Positions 61,301 through 64,000 of a DNA stretch of 64,000 bases are shown here, in pieces. This stretch comes from a virus (Duplodnaviria; Caudoviricetes). The stretch lies in IMG/VR virus record IMGVR_UViG_3300046171_000271; one strand, 5' to 3'. Position 1 is the first letter of the stretch, and every line of letters begins with the position of its first letter. The notes beneath the pieces were generated by a model. The model saw only the letters and a program-made list of their open reading frames with translations. It made no database searches and had not been told where the DNA came from. The position numbers and the translations under genes were made by a program.

Positions 61301-64000
61301 GGCGAAACTGTAACCTATTCTGGAAATGCATCGGGACTTAGCAGTGATCAAACATATATTGTCACTGTAGTTGATTCTAATAATTTTAAACTGTCATCGG
61401 TTGGTGTAGGAACAACTGCAAAATTATTCTATTATGATACTAATCAGTATGTAAATATTAAATCATCGGGTTCTGGATCTCATACTTTCAACTATCCAAG
61501 TATTTCGGTTAATATTTCAGGTGAAATTGGAGTATCTACTTTTAGTGGACAGGATTTTAACGCAAAACTACAACCAGTATTCAGAGGTTCAATTGAATCA
61601 ATTCATTTAACCGATACTGGTGTCGGTTATGGTGCAAGTGAGGTTATCAATTTTAATAGGCAACCATTAGTATCTCTTTTAAGTGGAAGAGATGCAGAAC
61701 TTCTTCCAATTATTAATAATGGAAAAATAGAACAAGTTTTAATATCAAATGGCGGACATGATTACAATTCTCCCCCCAATTTAGTTGTAAATGGTGTTGG
61801 AAAGTTTGCGAAACTAACTCCAGTAATTAGTGACGGACAAATTACCAAAATTATTGTTGATAATCCTGGATTTAACTATACAAATTCAACAACCATCAAG
61901 GTAATTTCTAGTGGATTGAGTGCAGATCTCACTGCAGATATAAATCAGTGGACTATTAATCTTTTTGAGAGGTATCAAGATATTATTAGTGAAGATGATG
62001 GTATATTAGATGCATCACTTAATGAAAAGTATGGTATCGAATATACTCACCTTTATGCTCCTAGAAAACTTAGAGAATCTGTATTTGGAAAGGTTATTTC
62101 TCAGGGAGATGGTGTTAAGTACGGAGTTTCTGATTTAAGATTAGATTCTTCTAATTCCGAAATTGAAGCACAATTTCACTCACCAATAATTGGATGGGCA
62201 TATGATGGAAATCCAATTTATGGCCCTTATGGATATGATAAAAATAATGGAGGGACTGTAAGAGCACTTAGAAGTGGTTATAAACCTACGCAATCAAGTA
62301 ATAGGCCTTCTCTTTCTTCTTGGAAACAAGGATTCTTCTGTGAAGATTTTGTATTTACTGAAGAAGGTGATCTCGACGAGCATAATGGTAGATATTGTGT
62401 AACTCCAGATTTTCCAAATGGTGTCTATGCATACTTTGCAACTATAAATGACGGATTTGTTGAAAGTTCAGGGCCTTTTGAGAATTTTAAATTACCACAA
62501 TATCCATACTTTATTGGTAATAAGTTTAAATCAAAACCAAACGATTTTAATTTCAAAAATGATTCATACCAAGACACATATGACATTGCAAGTAATAACT
62601 GGTTAAGAAATACTACTCCTTATGGACTAACATCAGATAATGTTTCCTATGAATTTGTTGCAGAGCCATATAAAATTTACGATGAACAAATTGATGTCAT
62701 CTCTACATCTGTTGGAACAATTGATGGTGTTGGTATTATCACGGGAGGAAGTGGTTATCAAGTGGGAGATAGAATTGTATTTGAAACTCTCCCCGGTTCT
62801 ACATCGGCAAAAGCAAAAGTATCTGAAGTTACTGGTAAAATAATTACAAATGTTAGTGTTGCTTCTTCTACAGTTTCTGAAATTGAAGTTTTACCTATCG
62901 ATTCTTCTGGAAGATTTGTAGCATTCTCTCAATCACCCCATGGATTTACAAATACTGATTTAGTTTCTTTATCTGGATTTAATACTTCTATTAGTTTAAA
63001 TAATAATTCTTTTAATATCGGTGTTTCGACTAATTTCTTTAATCTTGCAAATGCAGTAGGAACAACTTCTGCAACAGGTATCGTTACTTATTTTTCAATA
63101 AGTGGTGGAATCATTGATAGAGGTGAACTTTCAATAAGAGAGAATGATATTTTAGCAATTGGAACAGAAAAAGTTCGCGTTTTAAATGTTGATAAACTTA
63201 ATTCAAGATTAAGAGTTGAAGAGGCAGTAGATGGAACCGTTTCTTCCGCTCATACTGCTACGACATCTATCTCCGAACAAAGTCGCAAATTCACTTTTAT
63301 TAGCTCTAGAGAAAATAAAGTTAAATTTGAACCCAATAAACAAATCTACTTTGATCCAAGAGAAACTTTAGGAATCGGTACTTTAAGTGGCGTTGGTATT
63401 GGATCTACAATCTTCTTCTCAAATCCAGGTGCGGGTGTTACTCAAGTCTTTATTGAGAATAGAGGTATTTTCTTACCTAATCACGATCTGAAAACAGGTG
63501 ACATTGTTTTGTATAACAATGGTGGAGGACAATCCATTGAAGTGGTATCTAATCCCTCTATAGGCGCTACTTATAGAATTGCAAATAGTACACCACTTTA
63601 TGTTGCGAAAATAAGTGAAGATATTATTGGAATTCAAACTTTTAAAGTTGGTATCGGATCAACAGGAACTTTTGTTGGTATTGCAGATACCACAATGAAC
63701 TCTGGACTTCTATTCTTTACGGGTATTGGTACTGGAACTAAGCATAGCATTAAGACTGTTAGGACTAATGTAGTTTCTGCTGAAGCTACTAGAAATACTG
63801 TTACTGTATCAACCGCATCAACTCATGGATTAATTATTGGTGAAACAGTAAAAATGACTGTAAAACCAGGAATAACCACAACAGTTACGGTTAAGTATAA
63901 CGATCACAATAGGAGAATTGTATTCAATCCTCTTGGATTTACTACATCAGCGGTAAACACAAGTCAAAATACTATAACAATAGCAAATCACGGATTAAAA
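58358..64000 (+). CDS. gp7: giant baseplate wedge initiator, runs off window (at least 1881 aa)
   Basis: QLPAFVRDDFPLVGEFLKQYY..KDFYESKGTDESFKILFAALYG; YHYH-type HSPIIGWAYDGNPIYGPYGY..GDLDEHNGR; follows gp6. Confidence 0.85.
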   Translation, partial: MISTDLQRVQIQDIIEYQLPAFVRDDFPLVGEFLKQYYISQEYPTAPSDIVQNIDEYVKLETLLDTQDETNLSEDISFSDTEIPAGFNIESNQYGTYQFPERYGLIKIDDEIILYTSKDRNSFNGCIRGFSGVTKLGNDNKRLTFSSSESASHLQGAKIINLSNILLKEFLEKLKKQIAPGFEGRKINSDVNQKLFLSRSKDFYESKGTDESFKILFAALYGEKVEVIKPKEFLFRASDAQFRKTRDIVVESIVGDPSKLKNQTLYQNAFPEYGITEAYATVVDCEKIARENKTYYQLSVDFDFSKDIDLTGGTIFGKFSAHPKTQNTILVSTGSSVIDVDSTIGFPEKGEIFVNGQSGILTYRSKTINQFTEVGLANTTTFGTNYNINPGTELNLNVSAYGFEGISAVSVASSDVSAVGIGTTSKIEVRIGKVLGENVIYDDTSYFTNNDNIRIKSLGINAPRELDNSWFINVNPKYSIKNISIIDSSNFTYSIETIARNNFRIGDKASVIQSNGVEKTGVIIDVASANTFTFARAGELLGTKFFIRRDVLKPVVSNLNVNEYSYIEKSFANVQNTYTKFDGDVLVASSSIPSYHDSPLNFYDGKVSLNGEYNGELFTVERNHGFYTGDRVYYEPSIKSNTISIDNQDVVVDSVISKFPEIDSGVYYIKRISDKQFKIASSVANLYNDTFVSVSGIVTDNYFCPSNFYNKNLKHQKLYRQFKSPVNDGREYTTLPGKTGMLVNGVEILNYKSGDSVYFGNINSVTVSAPGSGYDIINPPILSIQDSTGIGATGLVNVKGSLERIEILDPGFDYVSEPIITITGGNGSEANAHANTKLVTHSVSFYSTSDNDQVGLSSDTIGFTTFHRFRESERVVYKTDGQTAIGGITDNAEYYVKLVDQKTIKLFANASDSITGTNPINITSNGEGVHRFESFSKKRVLSDIVVTSSGYNYENKKRVSGVSGINTALNQINIFNHGFYSGETVTYSGNASGLSSDQTYIVTVVDSNNFKLSSVGVGTTAKLFYYDTNQYVNIKSSGSGSHTFNYPSISVNISGEIGVSTFSGQDFNAKLQPVFRGSIESIHLTDTGVGYGASEVINFNRQPLVSLLSGRDAELLPIINNGKIEQVLISNGGHDYNSPPNLVVNGVGKFAKLTPVISDGQITKIIVDNPGFNYTNSTTIKVISSGLSADLTADINQWTINLFERYQDIISEDDGILDASLNEKYGIEYTHLYAPRKLRESVFGKVISQGDGVKYGVSDLRLDSSNSEIEAQFHSPIIGWAYDGNPIYGPYGYDKNNGGTVRALRSGYKPTQSSNRPSLSSWKQGFFCEDFVFTEEGDLDEHNGRYCVTPDFPNGVYAYFATINDGFVESSGPFENFKLPQYPYFIGNKFKSKPNDFNFKNDSYQDTYDIASNNWLRNTTPYGLTSDNVSYEFVAEPYKIYDEQIDVISTSVGTIDGVGIITGGSGYQVGDRIVFETLPGSTSAKAKVSEVTGKIITNVSVASSTVSEIEVLPIDSSGRFVAFSQSPHGFTNTDLVSLSGFNTSISLNNNSFNIGVSTNFFNLANAVGTTSATGIVTYFSISGGIIDRGELSIRENDILAIGTEKVRVLNVDKLNSRLRVEEAVDGTVSSAHTATTSISEQSRKFTFISSRENKVKFEPNKQIYFDPRETLGIGTLSGVGIGSTIFFSNPGAGVTQVFIENRGIFLPNHDLKTGDIVLYNNGGGQSIEVVSNPSIGATYRIANSTPLYVAKISEDIIGIQTFKVGIGSTGTFVGIADTTMNSGLLFFTGIGTGTKHSIKTVRTNVVSAEATRNTVTVSTASTHGLIIGETVKMTVKPGITTTVTVKYNDHNRRIVFNPLGFTTSAVNTSQNTITIANHGLK

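Overview
64 kb of a T4-like marine cyanophage (Kyanoviridae-type myovirus). The cp12 gene and tRNAs for A/T-ending codons suggest a Synechococcus/Prochlorococcus host. Layout: (i) 1-20 kb: gp32, gp53, gp48, gp2, gp4, a gp54-like gene, gp26, gp51, two large hub/tape-measure-like genes, cp12 and a gp5-like gene. (ii) 20-21.4 kb: tRNA-Leu(TAA), an HNH endonuclease and tRNA-Thr(TGT). (iii) 21.4-37.2 kb: tail-fibre/adhesin cluster. (iv) 37.2-53.8 kb: accessory/early region of small ORFs, with a methyltransferase beside a putative restriction nuclease, a ligase-motif protein, and an SF2 helicase beside a nuclease. This region is punctuated by 10 copies of a dyad element (TGTGNCA-N10-TG(G/T)C(A/C)C) at fixed distance from a -10 box, and ends in a poorly coding, structured stretch at 51.9-53.8 kb. 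(v) 54-64 kb: glycosyltransferase-like gene, gp25, gp6 and the start of a giant gp7. Roughly 30 single-base frameshifts, mostly at short homopolymers, split even essential genes, so the sequence carries read errors. Split ORFs are merged below. All product calls come from motifs and synteny recognised by eye; no database search was run.
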